A DNA stretch of 32,000 nucleotides from Candidatus Methanoperedens sp. (GTDB taxonomy: Archaea > Halobacteriota > Methanosarcinia > Methanosarcinales > Methanoperedenaceae): the NCBI GenBank assembly GCA_027460535.1, contig JAPZAR010000027.1, positions 30,001 through 62,000 on the forward strand, read 5' to 3'. Under the pieces are notes generated by a model that saw only the letters and a program-made list of their open reading frames with translations, was not told the origin of the DNA and did not search any database. How positions within the stretch are numbered: the stretch's first letter is position 1; each line of letters begins with the position of its first letter. Below are positions 1 through 7,661 of the stretch, piece by piece. Made by a program: the position numbers and the translations under genes.

Positions 1-585
1 GAGCAGGGTCATCAAAGCGCCCGCGCTTGGCCCGTCCACCTCAGGGATTTCCCCCTGTGCCTCGATGGAGAAGATCATGTCGCTGCCCGAAAGGTCCTTC
101 CCGGTTCTATTCTGTGCTACAAAGACCGCGGTATTGGCTGCATCCTGGAAAACAACGCCCATAAGAGGCCTGGTCTGAACCAGAACCCTTCCTTTCCCCG
201 GCCGTATCTCAACCGAGATATTCATCATGGAACCTTCCTCCACGATAGTCTGCCTCACAAAAGGATAATCATTTACATATTCGACCTTTTGCATCACCGC
301 AGGCGCCTGAAGCTCGGCCGATCCCTGCAATCCGGTGGGAGTATTGTTCAGCCTGCCGTCAAGATACGCTATCCTTTTCCTGTAGAGATCAAGCTGTGAT
401 GCGTAGTTCTGGATGGAGAGATTGTCGCTGTGAACCTGCATGCTCAGGTCTGCATTAACCTTTTCAAGCTTGTTTATCCGGTCATTCAGCAGGCTTAGGT
501 CTTTTTGCGCTGGCTGGCTCATGACCAGATAGAAATTTGTCATAATTGATAAAATAAGCAAAACTGTCAGGATCCTGCTTTTCAT
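1..585 (-). CDS. Secreted or membrane-anchored S16 (Lon C-terminal proteolytic domain-like, COG1750-type) archaeal serine protease; N-terminal part only, gene continues past the left edge
   Basis: Not on the ORF track because there is no stop in the window. My own minus-strand translation from the ATG at 585..583 stays open to nt 1. It gives MKSRILTVLLILSIMTNFYLVMS (signal anchor), a coiled-coil-like stretch, then ...GEIPEVDGPSAGALMTLL, which carries the Lon-type catalytic-Ser motif GPSAG. Paralogous in layout to 10044..11888. Confidence 0.7.
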   Translation of the reverse strand, partial: MKSRILTVLLILSIMTNFYLVMSQPAQKDLSLLNDRINKLEKVNADLSMQVHSDNLSIQNYASQLDLYRKRIAYLDGRLNNTPTGLQGSAELQAPAVMQKVEYVNDYPFVRQTIVEEGSMMNISVEIRPGKGRVLVQTRPLMGVVFQDAANTAVFVAQNRTGKDLSGSDMIFSIEAQGEIPEVDGPSAGALMTLL

Positions 586-668
586 GAAATACGATTAACG
601 GATTGGATTATAATATTTTCGATTAGGCACCCATTATTTTTTTATACGAACATTGCTTTTTTGATGGC

Positions 669-968
669 ATGAGTAAAATTATACCATCTGATGTGAAAAA
701 AGGGATCCATAAGTCCAGGGGAGGACTCATAAGGTCATTCTTAACAACTGAAAAAGGGATTATCAAGGACATATCTATCTCAGGGGATTTTTTTTTGTTC
801 CCTGAGGAGGCTTTTTTTAAAATTCTAACGGGATTGAAAGGAATTCCTGCTGCGCGTCTGGAGATACAGCGGAGGATCGAAGAGATATACGAGAAAGAGA
901 ATATCCAGTCACCGGGTACGACGCCGGCTGATTTCACTGAATCAATAATGAAAGCGCTGGAGGGATGA
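669..968 (+). CDS. lplB: Lipoate-protein ligase C-terminal domain protein (LplB-type accessory subunit of a split LplA)
   Basis: 99 aa. The ...ISISGDFFLFPEEAF...LEIQRRIEEIY... pattern is typical of the LplA C-terminal domain. The stop lies 1 nt before the start of the catalytic-domain gene. A split LplA/LplB arrangement is known from Thermoplasma. Confidence 0.7.
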   Translation: MSKIIPSDVKKGIHKSRGGLIRSFLTTEKGIIKDISISGDFFLFPEEAFFKILTGLKGIPAARLEIQRRIEEIYEKENIQSPGTTPADFTESIMKALEG

Positions 969-969
969 A

Positions 970-1713
970 ATGGAAGAGTGGCGCTTCATTGATTTCGGGC
1001 TGGTGGATATACGCGAAATGATGGCAATGGACGAAGCCATATTAAAAGGCAAAGAAGGAAATACCTTCTTTTTCTGGACACCCAGGAAATCCATAATCCT
1101 TGGATTCTTCCAGAAGGCAGAGGTGGAATTGAACCTTGATGAGTGCAGGGATTATACAATCACGAGACGGATAAGCGGGGGTGGTATTGCCTTTTCAGAT
1201 GAGCGGTGCAGGCAGATAAATTACGGCGTAGTAGGGACAATAGACAATGACCACTTCCCGCTTGATATAATAGAATCGTATAAACAGATATGTGGCGTGC
1301 TAATTGACACGCTTGTTCATTATGGGCTGAATGCAGCGTTCCGCCCCATTAACGATGTAGTCGTGGACAACAGGAAAATCTCCGGCAACGCCCAGACAAG
1401 ATGGGAAGGACTGTTGCTCCAGAATGGTACCCTGCTGCTTGATTTTGACATAGAGGAGATGCTTCGGATATCCAATATCCCAAAAGAGAAATTCATTGAT
1501 AAAAAAATAGCTTCCATAAGGGAAGGGCTCACCTGGCTTGACAGGGAACTCGGGGAAGAACGCGACATGGAAGAAGTGAAGGATGTGATGAAGAAAAAAT
1601 TCGAGGAATGCTTTGAGGTAAGATTGAAAACCGGGGCTCTCAGCCCCAGAGAAAAGGAACTTACAAATATGCTTCTGTCGAAATATTACTCTCCCGAATG
1701 GGTATACCGCTGA
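970..1713 (+). CDS. lplA: Lipoate-protein ligase A, catalytic (BPL/LplA/LipB) domain
   Basis: 247 aa with the RRISGGGIAF motif (RRxSGGG lipoyl-AMP binding) and KISGNAQ (catalytic Lys). It lacks the C-terminal domain, which is encoded separately upstream. Confidence 0.85.
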   Translation: MEEWRFIDFGLVDIREMMAMDEAILKGKEGNTFFFWTPRKSIILGFFQKAEVELNLDECRDYTITRRISGGGIAFSDERCRQINYGVVGTIDNDHFPLDIIESYKQICGVLIDTLVHYGLNAAFRPINDVVVDNRKISGNAQTRWEGLLLQNGTLLLDFDIEEMLRISNIPKEKFIDKKIASIREGLTWLDRELGEERDMEEVKDVMKKKFEECFEVRLKTGALSPREKELTNMLLSKYYSPEWVYR

Positions 1714-2735
1714 TGGATTACGATGTCATAATCATAGGTGCGGGGCCGGCCGGGTCAGTTACGGCAACTGCCGTTGCAAAGGCTGGTTATCGCGTACTTG
1801 TGCTTGAAAAAAACCAAAAATGCATGTCCCCCTGTGCGGGGTATATCAGCAACACCATTAATCTTGAGTTGCCTGATCCTTCTGTTATCCAGTCAAAAAT
1901 CACAAAAATGCGCACCTATTCTCCGGATCTCTCTTTTCACGATTTCGATCTGAATGGATTTGTGGTGGACAGACCATCCTTTGACAGGTCACTGGTTGTG
2001 CGGGCGGCAGGTGAAGGGGCCGATATCAAATGGGGTTCGCCGCTGACAGTCCTGTCTTGTGGTGTTGTTAAATTTAGTAAAGGAGAAGCAAAAGGAAGAA
2101 TAATCGTCGGTGCAGATGGTGTTTTTTCAAAAACTGCGGCACTTCTTGGACTGCACAGGCAAAAAGTTGCAGTATGTGCGCAGTACCACTTAAAGGGGAC
2201 AAAACCAATCCCCAATACTGCCGAGATTTTTTTTAACGCTGATTATGCTCCGGGAGGATACGCATGGGTCTACCCCACCGGGGAAGATTCTGCAAAAGTC
2301 GGTGTCGGCACGACCAGTGGCAATCCGCGTAAATACCTGGATGCCTTTGTCAAAGCATCTATCAGATTTGGCGGGAAGAATACGGAGTACATCACAGGCG
2401 CCTTGCCGATAAGCGCACTTCGCGAAAAACTCTGTTTTGGAAATATTCTTCTTGTGGGAGACAGCGCTGGCATGTGCGACCCTGTCACGGGTGCTGGCAT
2501 CAATAATGCGATGATAGCAGGCGAGATTGCGGGAAGAACGATAATATCCGCACTTGAAAACGAGGACCTGACTTTGCTTGATCAGTACGAAGCGAAAATT
2601 AGAAGGCTGATGGGGAAGCCTCTTTCAAGAGCGCTTGGAAAAAGGAAAAAGCTAAGTGACTGTAATAATGAGATGTTACAGAAGCATCTGCCGGAGTTGT
2701 GGGTGACCTTCCGGCAGTACTGGGAGAATTTATAG
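1713..2735 (+). CDS. FAD-dependent oxidoreductase, geranylgeranyl reductase family
   Basis: N-terminal DYDVIIIGAGPAGS...VLVLEK Rossmann FAD motif and an internal LLVGDSAGMCDPVTGAGINNAM motif typical of GGR-family enzymes. I prefer the ATG at 1713, which overlaps the lplA stop as TGATG, over the track start at 1698. Confidence 0.8.
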   Translation: MDYDVIIIGAGPAGSVTATAVAKAGYRVLVLEKNQKCMSPCAGYISNTINLELPDPSVIQSKITKMRTYSPDLSFHDFDLNGFVVDRPSFDRSLVVRAAGEGADIKWGSPLTVLSCGVVKFSKGEAKGRIIVGADGVFSKTAALLGLHRQKVAVCAQYHLKGTKPIPNTAEIFFNADYAPGGYAWVYPTGEDSAKVGVGTTSGNPRKYLDAFVKASIRFGGKNTEYITGALPISALREKLCFGNILLVGDSAGMCDPVTGAGINNAMIAGEIAGRTIISALENEDLTLLDQYEAKIRRLMGKPLSRALGKRKKLSDCNNEMLQKHLPELWVTFRQYWENL

Positions 2736-3237
2736 GCAAATTTCTTCTGGGAGCATAAGATGGGAGATTTTAACTAAATATATTGAAACTCAGGATGTGC
2801 ACCATGCAAAAAAACGCTATGTACAGGCCTCCCTTAAGTCCGGGGTTAGAGTAAATTGTAGTTACGTTTATACCAAATTTTTATTCCGTTTTTTGATTTC
2901 AATGCCGGCTCTATAGAACCGTTCACATCAAATAGTTATATGAAAATAAGAAATAATAGAGATTGATGCGTCTTATATAGGCCTCGTACATCGTACGGGG
3001 TTTGGGGATGACTGCTACTATGGGTTTTCGTGCATCCATAAGAATATCTTGAACCAGAAATCAATCATCGTAATCTATATATAATTCGGATTTCTTAACT
3101 TTGATATCTTTAAATTACAAAGTAATTAAAAACTCCGTTTGTGAGATCTATTATGGCAATTTCACCTGAAAATGTTGTGCGACTGCATTCAATAATTCGG
3201 GCATATATGTGCTGATCGACTATCGGGAGACAGAGTC

Positions 3238-4050
3238 ATGAAAATAATAGCTATAATGGGGAGCCCCAAGGGAAAGGGTTCTGGCCATAAGATCGTGAAA
3301 ATGATCGAAGACAGGATGATAGCGATGGGCAACGTGGAATTCGAATACCTCTTCCTTAAGGATGCGAACCTCAAGCTATGCATCGGCTGCTATAATTGCA
3401 TGGCAAAGGGTGAGGACAAATGCCCGCTCAAGGATGATCGCGCCGCGATAGAGCAAAAATTGCTGGCGGCGGACGGCTTCATTCTTTCATCGCCCGTGTA
3501 CATGGGCAGCGTCAGCGGGCTCATGAAAAATTTCATCGACCGGTTCGCCTACTTGAGCCATCGGCCTCGATTCCACCGTCAGAAAATGTTGACAGTGGTG
3601 AACACGTCAATCACTGGCAAGAAGGGGGCGCTATCGACCCTTAAGATCGCACTGGGATACGATCGAGGCGCCCGGATCGTCCATGAGCTTGCGATAGCGA
3701 CACCCCCGTGGCCGCAAACAGAACGCGCGGTCGCCGAGAAGGAACGGGCCATCGATGTTGCAGCCAAAAAGTTCTACCTGACCTGTCTGGACACATCTCT
3801 ACCATTGCCGACGTTTAATAGCTATATGGACTTTCTCATGATGCAAAAGTTCAGCCTTGAATGCCGGCAATATCTACCAGCGGACTATATGTTTTATAAT
3901 GGTAAGGTCTACTATTTTGATACGAAGGTAAATCCGATCAAGGCGGCTGCGGCAAAGGCCATCGTTGAAATCACTGTGTATATGATGAAGGACATGGGCC
4001 CGGGTAATGTCTCATGGCCTGTGACTAAGAAGGAAGAAAAATTCCATTAA
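3238..4050 (+). CDS. Flavodoxin-fold NAD(P)H-dependent FMN reductase, iron-sulfur flavoprotein (Isf)-like
   Basis: MKIIAIMGSPKGKGSG N-terminus and SSPVYMGSVSGLMKNFIDR flavodoxin-like motifs. A compact cysteine cluster CIGCYNCMAKGEDKC (CxxCxxCx7C) resembles the Isf 4Fe-4S motif. A GGGAGA RBS lies upstream. Confidence 0.7.
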   Translation: MKIIAIMGSPKGKGSGHKIVKMIEDRMIAMGNVEFEYLFLKDANLKLCIGCYNCMAKGEDKCPLKDDRAAIEQKLLAADGFILSSPVYMGSVSGLMKNFIDRFAYLSHRPRFHRQKMLTVVNTSITGKKGALSTLKIALGYDRGARIVHELAIATPPWPQTERAVAEKERAIDVAAKKFYLTCLDTSLPLPTFNSYMDFLMMQKFSLECRQYLPADYMFYNGKVYYFDTKVNPIKAAAAKAIVEITVYMMKDMGPGNVSWPVTKKEEKFH

Positions 4051-4278
4051 ACCAAAAGATTTGGGGCGCCTCGAAATTTTATGCCTGATTTATCATTCGC
4101 TCCACAACTTCATCATAAATATTTCAAAATTGTCAGGCATAATCCTAAGGCAATTCAACTTTGCTTTCTCCACAGTCGATTATATGATAAAACATAATAC
4201 AAAGTTTTATTAACCAATAATATGAATTAATTAATTAAGGGATGAGGTTCGCTTGGAACCCATATAATAGTGGTGTAA

Positions 4279-4869
4279 ATGAATATTGGGGGAGATCAGA
4301 AACAAAAATCATTGTATTTTTACCTGATAATTTTAGTAATAATTATTATAATAAACTCGCTCTTGGCTCGTTTTGCCGTATTGACATGGCAGATTGCCCC
4401 TGGGATCTCTGGATTATATTTTGCAGTTGCTTTTATGATCGCCTTTACGCTATGGTTCGGGATTTGGGGTGCAATAGCAGCATATATTGGATGTTTTATA
4501 GGCGCAGGGATGACTGCGGGTCTGCCACCCGGCTTCAATGTCTATTGGTCATTAGCGGATCTCTGGCAGGTTTTGATACCATTGATAGCTTTCAAGACAT
4601 TAGGTGCTGATGCGGGTCTTAGAACGAAAAGGGATTTTTTAGTATTCCTGATCTTTGGCCTTGTGTTAAATAATCTTGTGGGGGCTGGTTGGGGTGCAGG
4701 TACTCTCGCCGTTGGTGGGATTATTTCATGGAATAATACCCCGGATGAATTCATCGGTTGGCTTATAGGCAATCTAATAGTAACGATTGCAGTCACTCCA
4801 TTGCTGCTCAGATACATTACGCCTCTCATTAAAAAATCGGGAGTATATGTTAGAAATTATTGGATTTAA
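4279..4869 (+). CDS. Polytopic integral membrane protein of unknown function, about 5-6 TM helices
   Basis: 196 aa and strongly hydrophobic with Gly/Ala-rich helices (WFGIWGAIAAYIGCFIGAGM, LNNLVGAGWGAGTLAVGG). I recognise no family. The overlapping ORFs 4242..4610 (+) and 4320..4538 (-) are alternate-frame artefacts. Confidence 0.5.
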   Translation: MNIGGDQKQKSLYFYLIILVIIIIINSLLARFAVLTWQIAPGISGLYFAVAFMIAFTLWFGIWGAIAAYIGCFIGAGMTAGLPPGFNVYWSLADLWQVLIPLIAFKTLGADAGLRTKRDFLVFLIFGLVLNNLVGAGWGAGTLAVGGIISWNNTPDEFIGWLIGNLIVTIAVTPLLLRYITPLIKKSGVYVRNYWI

Positions 4870-4889
4870 ACAAAAGGAGGTGATGAGAA

Positions 4890-5144
4890 ATGGTATTCAT
4901 ATGGGATCCGATCACTGCAGTAAATTTGGTGCTCAGCGTCATAGTACTGGTCTTAGGCTATTGGGGCTATAAAAAGAGCAACGATAAGGTGCCTCTTTAT
5001 GTTGGTATAGCCTTCGGGCTCTTTGGCGTCTCGCATATTGCAACACTTCTCGACTTTAAACAAAGTTTAGTGTTGATAATAATCAGAACGCTTGCCTATC
5101 TGATAGTTATATACGCCGTCTACACAGTAGCGTTTAAACGATAA
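4890..5144 (+). CDS. Small membrane protein, 3 predicted TM helices, unknown function
   Basis: 84 aa. A GGAGGTGA RBS precedes the start. It lies 20 nt downstream of the previous membrane-protein gene, so co-transcription is likely. Confidence 0.45.
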   Translation: MVFIWDPITAVNLVLSVIVLVLGYWGYKKSNDKVPLYVGIAFGLFGVSHIATLLDFKQSLVLIIIRTLAYLIVIYAVYTVAFKR

Positions 5145-5178
5145 ACAAACTCTGGCAAATATCAAAGAGAAGTTAATT

Positions 5179-5613
5179 ATGGATGTCTACATTGAAGCAG
5201 CTATTGAAGAGGCAAAAAAGGGATTAAATGAGGGGGGGATTCCAATCGGTTCTATCCTCGTGAAGGATGGGAAGATTGCAGGGAGAGGACATAACAGGCG
5301 TGTTCAGGATAATGATCCGATTATGCATGCAGAAATTGATTGCCTCCGTAATGCCGGAAGAATTGGCAGGTACAACGGGACTATTCTTTATTCCACATTG
5401 ATGCCCTGTTATCTTTGCGCCGGAGCGATTGTCCAGTTTGGGATCAAGAAAGTTATTGTGGGAGAATCTGAGACCTTCGCAGGCGCCAGGGAATTTATGG
5501 AATCGCATGGGGTTCTTGTCATCGATTTGAACAATGATGAATGCAAGCAATTGATGAGCGGGTTCATACGGAACCATCCTCTGCTGTGGAATGAAGATAT
5601 CGGAAAACTTTGA
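5179..5613 (+). CDS. Cytosine deaminase, CMP/dCMP-deaminase zinc-binding fold (yeast Fcy1 type)
   Basis: HAEIDCL and PCYLCAGAI zinc ligand motifs. The length (144 aa) and the C-terminal ...HPLLWNEDIGKL closely resemble the Fcy1 tail (..WFEDIGE). Confidence 0.8.
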   Translation: MDVYIEAAIEEAKKGLNEGGIPIGSILVKDGKIAGRGHNRRVQDNDPIMHAEIDCLRNAGRIGRYNGTILYSTLMPCYLCAGAIVQFGIKKVIVGESETFAGAREFMESHGVLVIDLNNDECKQLMSGFIRNHPLLWNEDIGKL

Positions 5614-5878
5614 GCTATTAAAGCCGCTAAGCTAAAAAACTAATTCAAACCCTCAAAAGTTTTTAGCTTGAGTTCGTATTAGTTCGTTGTTAATGAAACC
5701 TGTTGAGACAGGCACAGTTTTACAACGTACACTTACCTTTATATTTCAAACCCAAACGGAGCGAAAGTATTCAATATCCAATCAAGCAATATTAAAAAAG
5801 ATGGTTGCTTAAGCTGCACAGCAGACCAACTGCAGATGCTACGAAGCCAGAACCATGTTCCTTTTAGGCCGTTGTCAG

Positions 5879-6280
5879 TTAAGCAGTACTGGGAAAAGCA
5901 GTACCGGGAATAAGTACTGCGTTTATGCTGCCTTCCTGTCCGGGCCTGTTGGTAACGCGCGCCGTGCCAAGTTCTGTCTTGATGATCGCGCCCTTTGTCA
6001 CAATGTTACGCCTGACATAGTGTGAATTTGCAGGGTTTCCCGAAACCGTCTCTATCTTTGCTTTCCTGGAGGTCTTTGTCTTAGGGTCCATGACTATTGC
6101 TGTGCTATCCCGGAGGAGTCGGATTTTCTCCCTGCCTCCCAGAGTCTTGACTGTTTTCCGGTTGGTTTCGCCAAGATGTGTGTTTGCCTCTTCGCCGCCG
6201 AGTTCATACCTTCTCTTGCCTCTTGCCCTGATAATTCTACCGCTTGTGTATTTACGTGTTGATTTGCCTTGCCATCTCAT
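5879..6280 (-). CDS. rps8e: 30S ribosomal protein S8e
   Basis: MRWQGKSTRKYTSGR... N-terminus with ...GNPANSHYVRRNIVTKGAII...INAVLI is the characteristic S8e sequence. Confidence 0.9.
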   Translation of the reverse strand: MRWQGKSTRKYTSGRIIRARGKRRYELGGEEANTHLGETNRKTVKTLGGREKIRLLRDSTAIVMDPKTKTSRKAKIETVSGNPANSHYVRRNIVTKGAIIKTELGTARVTNRPGQEGSINAVLIPGTAFPSTA

Positions 6281-6424
6281 ATTATTAATCCTCTTTTATC
6301 ATTATCTATGTTAATAATTTTTCTCACAGACGCTTTAATGTAATAAAAACTTTCGCTCTGGAAGATTCATGAAGATGTCGGGTTATAAATAAACGAGAAA
6401 AATAATCCGGAATTCCAGTCGGGC

Positions 6425-6485
6425 ACCCTGATAAAATGCAAAGATATAAGTAATGAATAAACATGTTTATTGAACCCTGATAAAT
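6425..6485 (+). promoter_or_regulatory. Candidate operator/promoter: a 16-bp perfect palindrome flanked by 11-12 nt direct repeats, abutting the start codon at 6486
   Basis: AATAAACATGTTTATT at 6456-6471 is its own reverse complement. ACCCTGATAAA occurs at 6425-6435 and again at 6474-6484. Read directly from the sequence; function is inferred only from position. Confidence 0.3.
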
Positions 6486-7643
6486 ATGGCCGAATATTCA
6501 AAGAACAGCTTTATGCAGTTCATAAATCCAAAACCAAAAGATATTGAGATATGCGATGTCACTCTAAGGGACGGGGAGCAAACACCTGGCGTGGTCTTCA
6601 CACGGGAAGAGAAAATCGCGATCGCGGAAAAACTTGATAGCATTGGGGTCGAGGTAATTGAAGCCGGATTCCCTGTGGTCTCAGACACCGAGGAAGCCAT
6701 AGTGAGGGAGATCGCTCATCTCGGGCTCGATGCCAGGGTATGCTGCCTTGCCCGTTCGGTGGCAAAGGACGTGGATGTTGCGCTGCGCTGCGACGTGGAT
6801 TTTGTCAGTATCTTTATCGCAACCTCTGATTTGCATCTCAAATACAAGTATCATAAGACCTTCGAAGAAGCCGAATCCTGCGCCCTTGACGTTCTGGACT
6901 ACGCCAAGGACCATGGGCTTACGGTGAGGTTCGCTGCCGAGGATGCAACACGTACCGATATCGAGACTTTGAAAAACATATTTAAAGCGGCGGAAGAACA
7001 TGGCGCGGATTATGTCAGCATCGCGGATACGGTTGGGATACTGAATCCCAGCACTGCATTCTATCTTGTCAATGAGATCAAGAAAACCGTGAAAACTAAA
7101 GTATGCATCCACTGTCACAATGATCTCGGGATGGCCGTCGCTAATACCATAAGCGGGGCCGAAGCAGGAGCTTTCCAGCTCCATACCACAGTCAACGGGA
7201 TCGGGGAGAGATGCGGGAATGCCTCGCTTGAGGAACTTCTCGTCGCATTGCGTGTGCAGTACGGCATCGAGAGGTATGATGTAAGCCAGCTCATGGAACT
7301 TTCCAGGCTTGTGGAACAATATTCCGGTCTCCCGATACCCAAGACGAAGCCCATTGTTGGAGCCAATGCCTTCTCTCACGAATCGGGAATCCATGTTGCT
7401 GCGGTTCTTGAGAATCCGATGACCTACGAGTTGTTCCTTCCGGAAATGGTAGGAGCGAAAAGGGAAATAATAATTGGCAAGCATACTGGAGGCAAGGCAT
7501 TAAAGGGCGTACTCCAGAAAATGGGTTATGATCTTACGCGCGAGCAGATGTGCACAATTCTGGATAGGGTTAAGAAATGCAGTGAGGCAAAGAAAAAAGT
7601 TACATGCGATAGATTGACTGAGTTCGTAAAGGAACTTGATTGA
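6486..7643 (+). CDS. Homocitrate synthase / (R)-citramalate synthase / 2-isopropylmalate synthase family enzyme; short form without the LeuA regulatory domain (AksA/NifV-like)
   Basis: Motifs are DVTLRDGEQTPGV, the HCHNDLGMAVANT metal site and SHESGIHV, which define a DRE-TIM/HMGL-like aldolase. At 385 aa it lacks the C-terminal dimerisation/regulatory domain. Confidence 0.8.
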   Translation: MAEYSKNSFMQFINPKPKDIEICDVTLRDGEQTPGVVFTREEKIAIAEKLDSIGVEVIEAGFPVVSDTEEAIVREIAHLGLDARVCCLARSVAKDVDVALRCDVDFVSIFIATSDLHLKYKYHKTFEEAESCALDVLDYAKDHGLTVRFAAEDATRTDIETLKNIFKAAEEHGADYVSIADTVGILNPSTAFYLVNEIKKTVKTKVCIHCHNDLGMAVANTISGAEAGAFQLHTTVNGIGERCGNASLEELLVALRVQYGIERYDVSQLMELSRLVEQYSGLPIPKTKPIVGANAFSHESGIHVAAVLENPMTYELFLPEMVGAKREIIIGKHTGGKALKGVLQKMGYDLTREQMCTILDRVKKCSEAKKKVTCDRLTEFVKELD

Positions 7644-7661
7644 TCATAAGATATTTCCGTA

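Noticed and set aside
623-937. 104-aa minus-strand ORF overlapping the lplB-like gene
   Set aside because: The plus-strand frame (669..968) has LplA C-terminal-domain character and is positioned 1 nt upstream of lplA. The minus-strand product has no recognisable features.
4079-4142. 10-bp perfect inverted repeat TTATGCCTGA / TCAGGCATAA (44-nt loop) downstream of the flavoprotein gene
   Set aside because: About 1-2 such repeats are expected by chance in this window. It could contribute to termination of 3238..4050, but there is no adjacent T-run on the appropriate side, so I do not call it.
2736-4278. The Isf-like flavoprotein gene as a horizontally acquired islet: a GC-rich gene between a 500-nt and a 230-nt AT-rich spacer, with an ATGTAC(G)AGGCCT inverted repeat at about 2820 and 2980
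   Set aside because: Coding versus non-coding GC contrast is large throughout this window; thrC and the MCO are similarly GC-rich. Both copies of the inverted repeat lie on the same side of the gene. No mobility genes or direct-repeat scars are visible.
5821-5832. Exact 12-mer GCAGACCAACTG shared between 5821-5832 and 20528-20539, both intergenic
   Set aside because: Tens of exact 12-mer coincidences are expected between two strands of a 32-kb window, and the flanks do not align.
6681-7484. Long antisense ORFs opposite well-supported genes: 6681..7484(-), 15522..16370(+), 16303..16776(+), 17397..17846(+), 18240..18719(+), 21787..22380(+), 22530..23312(+), 28591..29271(-), 8991..9440(+), 30668..31165(+)
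   Set aside because: Each lies entirely within, and opposite to, a gene with clear family motifs. Their translations are low-complexity (Ser/Pro/Arg/Leu-rich) with no recognisable domains. This is the usual by-product of codon-biased, relatively GC-rich coding sequence lacking stops on the opposite strand.
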